Below, in pieces: positions 37,801 through 50,539 of a stretch of 54,904 nucleotides of DNA. The position numbers and the translations under genes are program-made. The DNA lies in the NCBI GenBank assembly GCA_905331295.1, contig CAJNYD010000030.1, forward strand, positions 1 through 54,904, given 5' to 3'. Below the pieces are notes generated by a model, which was not told where the DNA came from, made no database searches, and saw only the letters and a program-made list of their open reading frames with translations. Numbering within the stretch: the first letter of the stretch is position 1; every line of letters starts with the position of its first letter. Source of the DNA: Rotaria socialis (taxonomy: Eukaryota).

Positions 37801-38864
37801 TTTTTTTTATAGATTTTCATGTTAAAAACGAAACTGAAATTATTGTTTAAATACTAATTAGAAAAATCAATCGTAAATAAAATATATAAAAAGAAATCTA
37901 TTTTAATATATTAGATTTGACCTATTTATCAAGATTCTTAAATGAAAATTTAACTTGTTTTAAATTTTTATGTGTTTTTTTCGATTTAGTATTAAAATAT
38001 TTTATCTGTTTCGTAGGTTATTAAACAGAAAAATAGTTTTCTATTCTGTTTCAAATTTATTTATGGAAAACTGAATTGTCTTTTTGTTTTTCATAATAAT
38101 GCCTTTATTTATTGCTTTAGTTATATATCCATTGATTTCAATCAAAAATAAAAATAAAGGCTTAAAAATTTACTTATTTGAAGCATGCAGAAGTGGTAAA
38201 CGTTGATATGCTAATTCAATTAAAGAATTTTCAATATCTAAATTTTCATTACTTAAATGTTTATCTTTTTCAACAGCAGCATAATAAGTTTGACTTAATT
38301 TACAAGAATCATCAAATGATTTAATTATTTCAAATAAATCTTCATTTTTCTTTTCTAATAACAGTCCTTTAAGTGCATAAATTTCTGCAAGTAATAAAGA
38401 CGATCTATTCGGTTGATCATTAATATCATTTGGTATTGAATTTATTGCTAAATTAACATTTAATAAACATTCATCATAACGTGCTTGAGCATAATATAAT
38501 TTAGCTAAAAGACACTCAACTTCAAATAAACGTGATGATAAAACAGATTTAAGAAGATTTTCAACACGAATTAATTCTTCTCGTGATTTTTCTATATGAC
38601 GATTATCAGTTAATGGATATTGTTGTAAATAGTATTCTAATTGTGCTTCTCCGTCTAAGAATTTAACATATTCTATTTAAAAAATACAAAAATAACTATG
38701 CGTTTTTTAAAGGGAAAAAAAGAATATATATATATCCAACCTGAAGCTTTTGCAGTTTTTAATTTATCCAAAATTTTAGTCCAATTAAGTTCTAATCGAT
38801 ATTTTTCAATTTCACTATCGGTTCGATGTTTTCCACTAGACAGATTAGTTGATGTTGTTGCCAT
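34885..38864 (-). CDS. TTC7: Tetratricopeptide repeat protein 7 (PI4KA complex scaffold), multi-exon
   Basis: N-terminus DSEIEKYRLELNW..ILDGEAQLEYYLQQYPL matches the TTC7 start. Also LFIPRDVNEEILLLLL, TPR repeats (YMRGLINDARGQLKLAKQNYNDALAINP) and C-terminus LEGNSPIVSYHSIMRVL* (compare TTC7 ..SPVLPFSIIPREL). Confidence 0.9.
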
Positions 38865-40939
38865 CGAGTTAATTCATTAAAATAATCAAATAAATTTACT
38901 AAAACTAACAATTTTTCAATTTGTTTTTGTTGTGGTTTCTACTTTTTGACATGAATTATAGATTGGAATTGGAAGAACAAACTCATTCAATCCGAGACAT
39001 TCAACTTTCTTTTTTTTTCCTTTTGTCGATATAGATGTCACTGTAGTTTTGTAGCTAACCTAAGGATAAGTGTGAGGATGAGGATGGGCATACTTGAACC
39101 TGAGTGCAAATGAACTGTGATACTAATAGAATGATAATATATCATTTACGAAACTTTTCGTCACTAATAATTTTAAATTATAGCAGCTTTGATTTCTCCT
39201 TTTGAACATGAAATATTTTTATCGATAGTCTCCTAAAAATGAGTATTTGTTGAGTAAGTCTTCTCTTTATTTTCTGTCCGATAATCTCAATCAAAATCGT
39301 TATCATTGAATAAAAAATGAAAAATTCTAACTAAAGGCAAACAATAAGAGATCTAGCACAGTTCGATAAGAGAATTGTAACTGTAAATACTTGTATGTTC
39401 TGTTAATCTTACCAATGTCTTGTTTGACTTTTAGTAGAATGATTAAAAATTAAGTTTTCGTTCAATTGAAAATCCATAATTGAATGAAATAATTTCAGCA
39501 ATGTCGTTTTTAGAATTAATAAAAAGAAATATTTCATTTAAAACGTATATGAAATAATAATATCGTTGAAATATTTATTGATTATAAATAACTAAGATAA
39601 ATTCTGCATTTCAGTTAACGTAAAACATAATTTATCAATAATTAAATGAATATTTTAAAAGAAAAAGCTATTTATCAAGGAAAAAAACTAAAGATGAAAA
39701 CTTGAAAAATTTTTCGATTGAGCAATATTTTCAATATTTATTAATAGATATAGATTTTCTATAGGTCAGATTTTTCAAAGTTTTCGTCTCTAATAAATAA
39801 ATAAAACACAAGTATTTTATTTTATATTTAAAATCTTGCCTTCTTAAAGCGTAAATAAGTATGATCATTAGAGACACTTCATGAAAATATTGGCTTGTCT
39901 ATCTTCTATCATCAACAAAAGTAAACTTTTTAAATAACACATTTAGTTCGTTGACTAATATCATATTGGATAAAAAACAAGAAGATACTATTTTTTTTAT
40001 TTTTATTTATTTATTCATTCAAAGTTTTGTATAAAACCAGTAGTTCTAAATGTTACTGAATTATTCATAGGCAAACTTGCCGATAAATGAATCGATTTAT
40101 TCTTGTTTGTCAGACAATAGAGAATATTTCAAAAATCAAGAATAGAAAAACCGAATTTGTGTTACCGGATACTATTCAACTGAATTCTTTTGAAAGACAT
40201 AAAAAAGAACGTTTTCTTTTATTATCGTCGATAATGTTCTCATTTGTAATTTCAACATCATTTGTCTTTTGCTCTGCTTATGAAGAAAAAAATGAATAAG
40301 AACTTTTTTTTTTAACTAAATGATTGTTGAGAACAAAAGAATATAGCATGATCGAACTAATCAGTTTTAAGTGCTTCGTCATTTGCTTTTGAATCTTTTG
40401 AATCAAAACAAGGAAAACAAGAAATTTTTGCTTTGATTTTGAGTAGTACAGGACATATTTATCATAATCGAGTAGCTATGTTTATTATTAATAATGAAAA
40501 GCATTTCATATATAAATAGATCGAATATCTATATTAGGAGTATTATCTGATCATTTCAATCATCATCATTATCATATATTTACATAAAACGGTCAGATTT
40601 TATCTTATTTACTTTATAATAATATATTTTGTTTCAAAGACAAAATTCATTAAAATCATTTGTCGTTTAGATCAATATTAAAAAAAATAAGAGAATCCTT
40701 TGTCATAATATATCATATAACTTGAATAGATGTTTTGAAAATTGAACTGATAAAGTTAGAAAGTAGACGAAAATCAAAATGATTAAATAATCCTCATTGT
40801 CTTGTCATAATTATTTAAAAAGATTTATTACAATATTCTTCTTTTCTTTTTCTATCATCCTGTTAACTATTAGAAGATCGTCTGAATTTCAGACAAAGAT
40901 AACTCGTATTCTTTTATTTGTTTTTTACAGAAAAATTAA

Positions 40940-41230
40940 ATGGCCATTCTTAGTAATTCGTCGTTTCATACAATATTAATAATAGTGGCTCTATATTCCA
41001 TGTGTCAACTCATACAAGTAATAGAAAGTCGATTTCTTTGGGATTTAAGTTTATATTGTATTAATTATTGTTCACGTAACAATGATCAAATGCTTCCAAT
41101 ACATGTTTGTTCGTGTCATCGTATTGCATCTTATCATCGTCGAATGACAAACAATAATATTCAATCAGAAATTAAACAAGATTATCAATTTAAAAATTAT
41201 CAACAACCTATCAATAATCAATTTCCTTAA
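40940..41230 (+). CDS. Small secreted cysteine peptide precursor (96 aa)
   Basis: Hydrophobic signal-like N-terminus ending VIES, then CINYC...CSC, an RR site and an N/Q-rich tail. A splice acceptor lies 10 nt upstream of the ATG and AATAAA lies near 41299. Confidence 0.75.
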   Translation: MAILSNSSFHTILIIVALYSMCQLIQVIESRFLWDLSLYCINYCSRNNDQMLPIHVCSCHRIASYHRRMTNNNIQSEIKQDYQFKNYQQPINNQFP

Positions 41231-41429
41231 CTTGACACTAAATATTCCTTTTAAATTTAAGAGTAATTGAAGAAAAAAGAACAACTATTTTTTTTTCAAA
41301 ATAAAAGATTTACTCTTCCATGTAGTTACCCGGCTTTGAACCATTACTTGAAGAAAATGTAAGAATTTATAGAAATTTTAAAGCACTATATATATATATA
41401 GTATTCTCTGTAACTACATGTATAGGAAA

Positions 41430-41896
41430 CATGGTTCCCGATTACTTTTGGAAGTGAGGGGGGCTAAATTTTGGCAGAAACTATATTTTTTTTGGCAGAC
41501 AGTATACGCCAAAAAGCAAATCCTTGATTTATAATATCATCATCTAACTTAGATGATCTAAATTCATTTTAATTAAAAATAAGTAAAAACAACATATGTA
41601 TAAAAAGTAATATTTAAAANNNNNNNNNNNNNNNNNNNNNNNNNNNNNNNNNNNNNNNNNNNNNNNNNNNNNNNNNNNNNNNNNNNNNNNNNNNNNNNNN
41701 NNNNNNNNNNNNNNNNNNNNNNNNNNNNNNNNNNAAAAGAAACATCGTAATTGACGGTACACAAACGTACTGTAATCAAGACTTTTCGAATAACCCAAAA
41801 TATAGCAAAACTTTTCGCAGAAACAACTTTTTATTTGTTAAATTTTGTGGGGGGCTGGCCCCCCACAGCCCTCCCATCCCCTAGTCGGGATCCCTG
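41430..41896. mobile_element. hAT-type MITE (spans an N gap)
   Basis: TIR CATGGTTCCCGATTA versus the reverse complement of the right end, CAGGGATCCCGACTA (12/15). Perfect 8-bp TSD ATAGGAAA (41422-41429 and 41897-41904). Confidence 0.85.
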
Positions 41897-42789
41897 ATAG
41901 GAAATATACAGGACACTAGTTTTCACTAAGAAAGTCTTTAGAATTCTGTAAAATATCACAAAAAAATCTTGGTGATTATAGACAAATTCTTGGTTAATGT
42001 ATTGGATGTACTAAATAAAAGAATATTTTTCAGTTATGAAATATAGTGAAATAAAACTTTTTTCTAAAACACAAACAAGAAACAGCATAAATTCATACAT
42101 GATTTAATTCTAAGTGTTTTACATGTGCATATCTCACGGAGATAAACGCAGACTTGTAATCCCCAGCATCTCAGTATCTGCTCAGCACCTTTTGATGCTG
42201 AAACTTAGCTGAATCATATGAAAGTGATTCACAATCACAAACTTTATTTTCAATAATAAACACGACGGTTGGCTTCAAACACACCAATGATGTAAAAAAA
42301 GCTCAGTTTCTAGTAAGAATGAGCATCAAAAATATTTCACAATACTGAATAGAGCAACAAAATACTATTTCTAACCGAAAATCTTTCATTTTTTTTCTCT
42401 CCCAATACGTACTAATCGATCATTCGACAGACTTTTACTTGTTATCAATAACCAGTGTGATGTTTGCTTGTGTAAAAATTTATTAATGAACCAACGCGAA
42501 TGCAGAAATATTTGTAACTATGTTGTGGATTCATTTTATCACACATTCGATAACTATGCAAAGGGAGGAAAACCTTCTCAATCCAGTTTAGTTTAAATAG
42601 TAAGTCAAGGTAATTTCACATGAAAATTTCAGTATCTATAGACCCCACACTTAGTAGTAGCTCTTATAAGTTTCAGCCTGATCGATAAATAATTTGCCTT
42701 ACTTTGGTGCTTAGTGATATAGGCAGACGCTTTTGGGACTGATAAGGATGAAAAGACCATTCATTTAAAGCGATTAGAAGGGAATCGCA

Positions 42790-43302
42790 CTTGACTTTCG
42801 GCAATTGCCAAAGGTTGTGTTTTTGTAGGATTTTCGGCTGTAAATAGGAGGGATCTTTGGCAATAGCCAATAGTACAGTTTTGGCAATTATCAGACGTCT
42901 TATTAAAAACTATTAGGCAACTAATTGATCATAGTAAAGAAACTCTACTTTAGGCAATTACTTTATTTCGTGAACTTTGGGCGATAGATGATTCCCAATT
43001 CTTATAAAACTGTATTTAGCATATCGATACATTCTGTTACTTACCTCTTTTATCATCAATTCAAACTGTATGTATTATTACGCGATATCATCATTCAGAA
43101 GGTCTACTAATATTGTTCAAGGACTTCCATCAACTTGAAAGCACACAATGTCCAAAGTGAGGTTTCTTTACTATAATTAATTAGGTGATTAAGATTTCCG
43201 ATAATTCCTCAAACTGAGCTATTGGCTATTGCCAAAGATCCCTCTCGTTTAAAGCCGAAGATCTTACAAAAACACAACTTTTAGCAATTACCGAAAGTCA
43301 GT
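42790..43302. mobile_element. MITE/foldback relic with ~80-bp imperfect TIRs
   Basis: 42791-42873 is the imperfect reverse complement of 43219-43301 (TGACTTTCGG...GGATCTTTGGCAATAGCCAATAG). Confidence 0.75.
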
Positions 43303-44036
43303 ACGGCGAAATTCATGCTACCCGATTAGACACATGTCTTGACCTGTCATTCGATAGAGAATTTAATTATGAACAAAGCCTTGTACATGCTTTTAAGTGA
43401 AAATCATAAATTTATTATGAAAAATCGAAAATATTAACAGTTGATGGCCATGTGAAGGCTCTTCTGGAATCTTGTTTATCTTCATTCTCTACTGTATGAT
43501 TCAGAATCAAAGTCCATTTTTCAGCATCAATGCCCATCATCAAGAGGTACAAAATTACGAAGATAAAGATCTGTCAAAAACTTATCTTCTTATCTTTCCG
43601 TATGGTATTGCATTCAAAATGCATCAGGAAGTATGTGATAACTAATATTAGATATCTATGATATCAATTATTTCATAAAGAACTGAAATAATTTGCTAAG
43701 TCAAACTTGAATGAGAAATGCTATAGAGTTGCCTTATTTAAAATATTTAAGTTCGAGTACAGTTGAGGGGACTCGAACTTTGTTTTGTGCTGCTGTAATC
43801 TAGTGTTTTATCTAAGTATTCAATCGTATTTTAACTTGATTCTTGATGAAGTAGTTTCTCATTTGAATAGTTGACAATAAACGATAAGGGGCTCGTTGCT
43901 GTGTAGATTTATATCAAGTATTCTCTAGATATTTGTGTTACTTAACATCAATTATAATCACACATAAAAGGCTTTTGTGCCTTGTTTGTCAACAATTATC
44001 ATCGTGAAGGACACTAAGAGCTTTTATTCCAAGAGA

Positions 44037-44451
44037 TGCCTAGTTCGAATTCGAATATAAATGGGCACCCAACTGCATGGTATCAATTCGAAAATAAATG
44101 ATTTAAATAGATTTAGTTTCAGTTTTAAATTTACTTTAAGATGGGGTGGTGTGGGTTGAGGGAGACTAAGGGGTAACTGTGGATGGTGGTGCGAGTGAGG
44201 GGTGGGTAGAAGGGGTACCCGAGTACTTCAAATGTGGTTTTGGGTGATGGGTACTCGGAAGAGTGAGGGTGAGAGGGCATCCGGGTGGTGCCTGGGCTGT
44301 ATATCTTGAAGTATGGATATAGTTGTAGGGGTATATATGTATTCATATGTCGCATATATCGGAAAGTTAAACCAAAACTAAATCTATTTCTAGATTTAGT
44401 TTTAGTTTAACTTTTTCTTTTTTCCATTTATATTCGAACTCGAATTAGACA
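44037..44451. mobile_element. MITE with ~28-bp TIRs, inner inverted repeats and a G-rich core
   Basis: TGCCTAGTTCGAATTCGAATATAAATGG / CCATTTATATTCGAACTCGAATTAGACA. An inner pair aaatagatttagttt / aaactaaatctattt flanks the G-rich segment 44140-44300. Confidence 0.65.
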
Positions 44452-45262
44452 GCTACTCATCGTATAACTATAATATTGAAGATTCTTCTATTCATATGAA
44501 GTGATCTAGTTTCGTATATTGTGTACCTTTATATTTGAAATAATTTGCTATACTCTCGACAACAAATAGAAGTATACAAATATCAAGACACGGAAAACGC
44601 AAAGATGCTCATATTAAAAATATTGAATCTTTCTAAGGAAAAGCATTAGCAACTCTCAAACCATAGGACATGTATCATAATTATATATACTAGGAACAAA
44701 CGAGAATACTTCAAATAACTTTATTTAACAATTAAATAACATCAAATCAAATTCAATTTTAGTTAAAATGATTCATAATCATTTTTAAAATAAATTTCTT
44801 TTCTGGTGCATAGTTAGTTAACATATTCAAAATAATTACTTTAGAACGGTAGATAATCAAAAGATAAAAATCGTTTTTTTTTCATTTTAACATATTAATT
44901 GGATCAACTGAATGAATTATTTCTATGTTTCTACCAATAAAATAGTAATGGAAATTTCATTCGCTTTGCTTTTTTAATATCTATTTATAGTGAGGAAATA
45001 GAAGATTCGTCAAGAGTGGGATATCAACCTCAAAATATTAGATTTTAAAACTATTCAATATTTTCTATTATTATTTTTTTTTTCTATATGATTTTTCTTC
45101 TGGAAAAAGAAAATATTTTAAGAAGAAAAATAAGTAAAAATAGTAGAACACAGCTTTTCTTCGATTTGATAAAACTAATCATAGGAGAAAATATTCGCTG
45201 AATCAATATTGCTTTATATTTTATTAATATATATATATGTGTTATTTATGAATAAAAACTTT

Positions 45263-46488
45263 TTATTTAAGAGATAATGGTTCTTGTTCGCAAATATTAA
45301 TTGATAGTTGAAGACGAGCAGCAAGATCTCCATAATAATAATAAAATGCTTTGTTTCTTGAACATTCAGATCCGTATGTTAAAGGAATTAATTCCATTTC
45401 ATGTTCTTCCATACATTTAACAGAACGTAAAAACTCTCTGAATGATAAAATGCTTTATTTAATGAGAAATATTAACAAAAATAAAATCAACTTACGTGCA
45501 TTTAGTTGGATATTTATCATCAAATGAGTAATGACATTTCATTAAAACTTGTTGACTTAAGCGAGATGGATGACAATGATCAGCTATGTTAATTTATTAG
45601 AAAAGTTTGTTTTTTAAAAGAACTCTTAACTTACCTTTTGGAACATTACATGAGCTCATTACCAATTTCCAATAAATTTTCGAATACTCGTATGAAAATG
45701 GAAAATGTTCAAGAGAACAAATTTGATCAACATCAAATATTGAATATAGACATTGGCGATATGATGAACTTTTATTATAAGCTCTAAAATTTATATGAAT
45801 ACTTTTCTTTTATATGGCTATAAACTCGCTTGAAAATGAAAACAAACTGGCAAAGTAAAGATCCTTCCATATAATATGCATTTTCAGGTGATGTTAAGTC
45901 AATTGTATCATCAATATAATTTTTGTAGCATTCAAGCATATGCATATTCACTGTATTGTCATCGCATTTTTCATTTATTTTATTGTGACCTACAAAAACA
46001 AAACTTTTTTAAAAAGATTTTTATTTTTATCCAAAAGTTGATAAATTTCGATAATTTTAAAAATTAAAATTATTTTATTTTATATAGAATATGAAAATTC
46101 AATGGAAGCTGTGATATTCTTTAAGTCATATTAATATTAAGTAGAATAATTTTCTTTCTTTTTTTCTTTGATGAAAAATATTTTCACAATTCGGAATAGA
46201 AAATATGGAAAGAAATTCGTCTTACATATTAATAAATTTATCTTTTGTATGTCATTTTATGATTCGAAAAATAAATTATTTTGATATTAAATCTACAGAA
46301 AATCAAACTTTTATTTGAAAAATTGAGCTTAATTAAATCTAAAAATGTTATTTTCATTATAAAAATTAATCAAAGCAGAGCAATAATATTTAATCTATGG
46401 ATCAATAATTACCGTTAGCAACAATAAAATTAAGAATTAATGCGATAAAAAGAAGGATATTGATAGATATTCCACAAATCATAATCAT
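45263..46488 (-). CDS. Secreted cysteine-rich protein (~208 aa, 5 exons, two 6-Cys repeats)
   Basis: Not in the ORF track. Exon 1 (46488-46413) encodes a signal peptide MIMICGISINILLFIALILNFIVANG. Four further exons splice in frame: EKCDD..LECYK..LLCQA..RQCLY..QICSL..SSCNV then DHCHP..MKCHY..TKCTE..VKCME..SECSR..NICEQEPLSLK*. Confidence 0.85.
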
Positions 46489-48115
46489 TTACTTAAGATA
46501 ACGAGAAACAAAAATATGTTGGAATTATTATGATATGATTTATTTCTCGACTTATCTTTTTCTCTTTCTTTTTCTGCTTCTTCTTCTCTGGGTTCGTCTT
46601 CTTCTTTTAATCGTGTTCAAACACAATACAAGAAAAACTAAGAACAAATCATTCCACTTCTAGTAACAAATGGCAAATAGGCGGAGCAGGCAAAAGGAAA
46701 ACTGTTTCCGTTTCAATGTCGACACACACGATATGATGATGAGCAACGTAACTCCGTGATAAAACACAACAAAGTTAAAGGCATGATAATTAGTGTAAAT
46801 CTTGTTTCTATTCACTTTTCTTTTTCAAAAGAAAAAAAAGGATCATTATGAAAACAAGTTAATACTCACTGTTCGATATAAATCTATTGAGCATAGCAAC
46901 AAGAAATAATAGAAGATCTCTTATTGAATATTAGTAGGAGAATGCGAATACCACCTATCAATTAGTTCCGTTCTATAGTAGAATCATACCGTGATATTAT
47001 TCTATTATAAATTAAATAAAAGAATTTATATTATATTGATAAATATAAAATTATTTTCGACATCTATATCAACAAAATTAACAAGAAATAAAATGAGCAA
47101 ATACTTTTCATTATTTGTATTAATTTACATGAAATTAATCTATTAAGATGTATGAAACGACAAAAACTATGCTTATTATCAGAAATAAAATTCATATTTT
47201 GCGTCAGGAGGAAATTCTTTCTAAATTAAATACGAAAATACTCAAACGTGAATTCATTCATTTTAACTTCTATTTTAAGTAAAAAAACATAATCATAAAA
47301 ATAAAAGAAGAAAAAACAAGAAACGGAACTCCTAATTTTCCATACATGTGGATTGAGTACTAATTGTCATTTTGATTTCATTGCAAATGAAAATTATTTT
47401 CTGGAAATAATGTTTTTATCATCCATTCAAGAAAATTTCACATTGATTCAAATAAATTTGTTTGAACACAGTTACAAATTTCAATAATCATTGATTGATT
47501 GATTTATTTATTTGTCATGTTAACAAAAGATATTTCTATAATTTTATTTAGAAAAAAAACATACGTAAATACAAATATTTAAGTATAACTCAACTAGAAA
47601 TAACTGTAAGATAATTATTTTCATTCATTAGAGTTCACCATTCTTTCTATTTCCGATTAGAAAACATCAGTTCAATGATGCATTTCATGTCAGCTTATGA
47701 TAAACATAGTGCATTATTATTTTGCATGTATCCTCAACTAACCATATAGCGTAACTAATAAGAGAAGAGATAAAAAGATATACATACTTAAAAAATAATA
47801 GCTTCATTAACAAACGAACTCCTTCAAAACAATCTTGAGTTTAACAAAATGATTAAGACAACAGATTTTTCTTCATCAATTGTTTTTTACGGTTTTTCAC
47901 AACCGACGAGACCTTTTTATCGGTCGATATTATCTTTATTTACGGCGATCATTTCGACATCCGAAACAGATTTCTTAAACAATCTGAAATGGCATAAATA
48001 TTCAGCAATATTTTACCGTGTTTTGCTACGAGAAGTTGGTTGATTTTATGAATTATTTACCTGCTAGTCAATTATCATTGGCTATTCTAATATTTCTACT
48101 ATTTTTGAAGCCTAA

Positions 48116-49258
48116 GACCACCACCCCCCTCAAAAGTCGATTTTCGCCAAAGAAAATCCAAATCGGCTGAAATCTTCAGGATATGTTAGAACTGGAGCGG
48201 GTAGCCTACGATAAAAAAGTCAGCCAGAAATATGCAAGTTTAAGGAAATTATAAAGTGAACACTGGTTAAAAATGACCCATTTTCCACCCTAGTTATTTT
48301 GCCTTCAACTATGTTTTTTCGAAAATTTTTTTTACCATTCGATAGAGCATGCAAAGATGTAGGGCAACTCATGCTTTGATTTTAAAAAAGTCCATTCTGT
48401 AAGCCAAAAACGTTTCCGCAATCCAAAGTCCTTGAAAAAAGGCCAAAAAACTGCAAGTGAGTTTTGTAGGCGATCCTTTTTGGGCATGAAAAATAGCTTT
48501 TTCAAAAATTGCAGCACGAGATGCCCTGCGTCTTTGCATGCTCTATCGAANTGACCCATTTTCCTTCGGAGTTATTTTGCCTTCAACTATGTTTTTTCGA
48601 CATTTTTTTTACCATTCGATAGAGCATGCAAAGATGCAGGGCATGACGTTCTTGGATTTTTTTAAAAGTCTATTTATAAGCCAAAAAATCTTGCACAAGT
48701 AAAAATCCTTCAAAAAAGGCCAAAAAATTGCATGCAAATTTTGTAAGTCACCTTTTTTGGGCATAAAAAAAACTTTTTTCAAAAATCGGAGAACGTCATG
48801 CCCTGCGTCTTTTCATGCTCTATCGAATGGTAAAAAACAATTTTGAAAAAACATAGTTGAAGGCAAAATAACTAGGATGGAAAATGGAAAAACATGATTT
48901 TGAGAAAAACAAAAACATTTTTTCGAAATTTTTTTGCTGTTTTATTGAATTTTCTGCAATTTTCACGCGGTTTTCGAGGAAACTGCCTAACGTGTCCTAC
49001 GTAGCTTTTAATTCTGCACACGCTGAGCGCTTAATTAATTAATCAGTAATTAGAAATCAAAGACCTAATTATACTGCCGTTTTTGACATAGAGGACCTCT
49101 CAAAGATCACTAAAAATTTGGGTCAAAAAATGGTCTTTGGAAAAAAGACTATAGTGATTCTGAAAGAGCAGAACACATGGGCTATCACCCCATGGTGTTA
49201 TCTCAATTTTCATTTTTTTGACGAAAATCGACTTTTTTTGAGGGGAGAATGTAGCGCC
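48116..49258. mobile_element. Non-autonomous Kolobok-like element with internal palindromic units
   Basis: Degenerate TIRs (..CCCCTCAAAAGTCGATTTTCG / CGAAAATCGACTTTTTTTGAGGGG..) and decayed TTAA sites (ctaa / ttga). The subterminal layout resembles the 27067 element (ctgaaat.ttcag...aaaa.tcagc; cattcgatag). Confidence 0.65.
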
Positions 49259-49745
49259 TTGATGCAGATCAGAGGCGCAACTAATAAAAATGCCAGGTGC
49301 CACAGTATTGGTTATGGCAAAATGACGGCAATGAAAATAAAATAATATTGAATATTGGATGAAGATCCAATTGTTTATTGAATGAACAGAAATAGTCGAG
49401 AATAAGAAGAACTCCACAAGCAATTACCTGACACGAGTTTGAACGATTGTAAGGGACAATCGAGTAGATTGATTGTAAAGAACAATCAGGTTGAAAAGAA
49501 AAAGTTAATATGTAATTGATCAAAAAGATGATTCTTTTTGATAGAGAAGAAAAAGAATAATTAGTATATCTCAGCGAAGAGAGATATATATCAAGAAACT
49601 TGAAGAAGCTTGATGAGAAGAAAAAGAATGATTAAATTAATAAAACTCATTTTTCTGAGTCTAAGCGCGAAAAACAGAAAAAGATGCTATTAGGGAAAAT
49701 AACAAGCGCGACAATAAGTAACAAGAGAGAACAACACAGGAGAAA

Positions 49746-49840
49746 CAGAGGTGTTCACAGGGCAGGGCACAGGGCAAAACTTGAAAAAAATATTTTGCCC
49801 TGTACAGGGCAGGGCAGGGCTATATCTTCTTGCCCTGAAA
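49746..49840 (+). mobile_element. Left end of a hAT-like element with CAGGG repeats, inserted in an LTR relic
   Basis: CAG(AG)GTGTTCACAGGGC followed by agggc/gccct repeats. The counterpart end is at 54186. Confidence 0.55.
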
Positions 49841-50037
49841 ATTCTGCATATACCTACTTTAGTTCGAAAATAACAGAAATATTATTTTTTTCGGAAACGT
49901 GAAAACTAAAAAATTCAGATGGCGCTATTAAATGGCGAATCGATGTTATATTTGTGCTTATATGATGACCTTGTGAGGTCCAATCAAATTTGTAAGAAAA
50001 CAAAAGAAAATAATAAAGGAATCATAATAGTGATAAT

Positions 50038-50539
50038 CAGTGGTTTTAATATTAAGTACCACAAGTAAAAGCAAATTACCCGTGGTACTTACGATTTTGA
50101 AAAAGTACCGTGTTTTGCACTTTGCTCGGAAAAACAAAATACCCTGATGGTACTCTGTAAAATAAAAAAGTACTTTGTTTATTTGTTAGCCAATGGCTAG
50201 CAAGAAGAAGAAAAACAATAGTAAATTGTACTTTATTTGTTTTTTTTATATACACAATACTAAAGGTTAATTCAGAAAAATGTTTATTTAAGCTAGTCAG
50301 ATGAATATGTGTATTTTATCTTTTATCTACAAGTCTTTTGTATATTGTTTTTTTTGTACAGAAATATTTTATTAATTAAAAATGGTCAATAGCATATATT
50401 TTTTCTTTGTTTTTCTTAAGTTTCTTTCTGTTGGCACTTTTGGTACTTTATTGTTCATCACAAAGTACCACCTAACACTTTGCCAATAGAAGCAAAGTAC
50501 CTAAATGCACTGTGTTTTAGATTTCTGTTAAAAACGCTG
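50038..50539. mobile_element. hAT-type MITE, 502 bp
   Basis: TIR CAGTGGTTTTAA versus CAGCGTTTTTAA (10/12), perfect 8-bp TSD GTGATAAT (50030-50037 and 50540-50547) and subterminal AAGTAC repeats. Confidence 0.85.

Noticed and set aside
39040..39125. GC-richer patch upstream of TTC7 with TGAGGA / CTGA motifs (C/D snoRNA-like)
   Set aside because: Boxes are imperfect, with no convincing terminal stem or recognisable guide. An Infernal/snoscan run would be needed.
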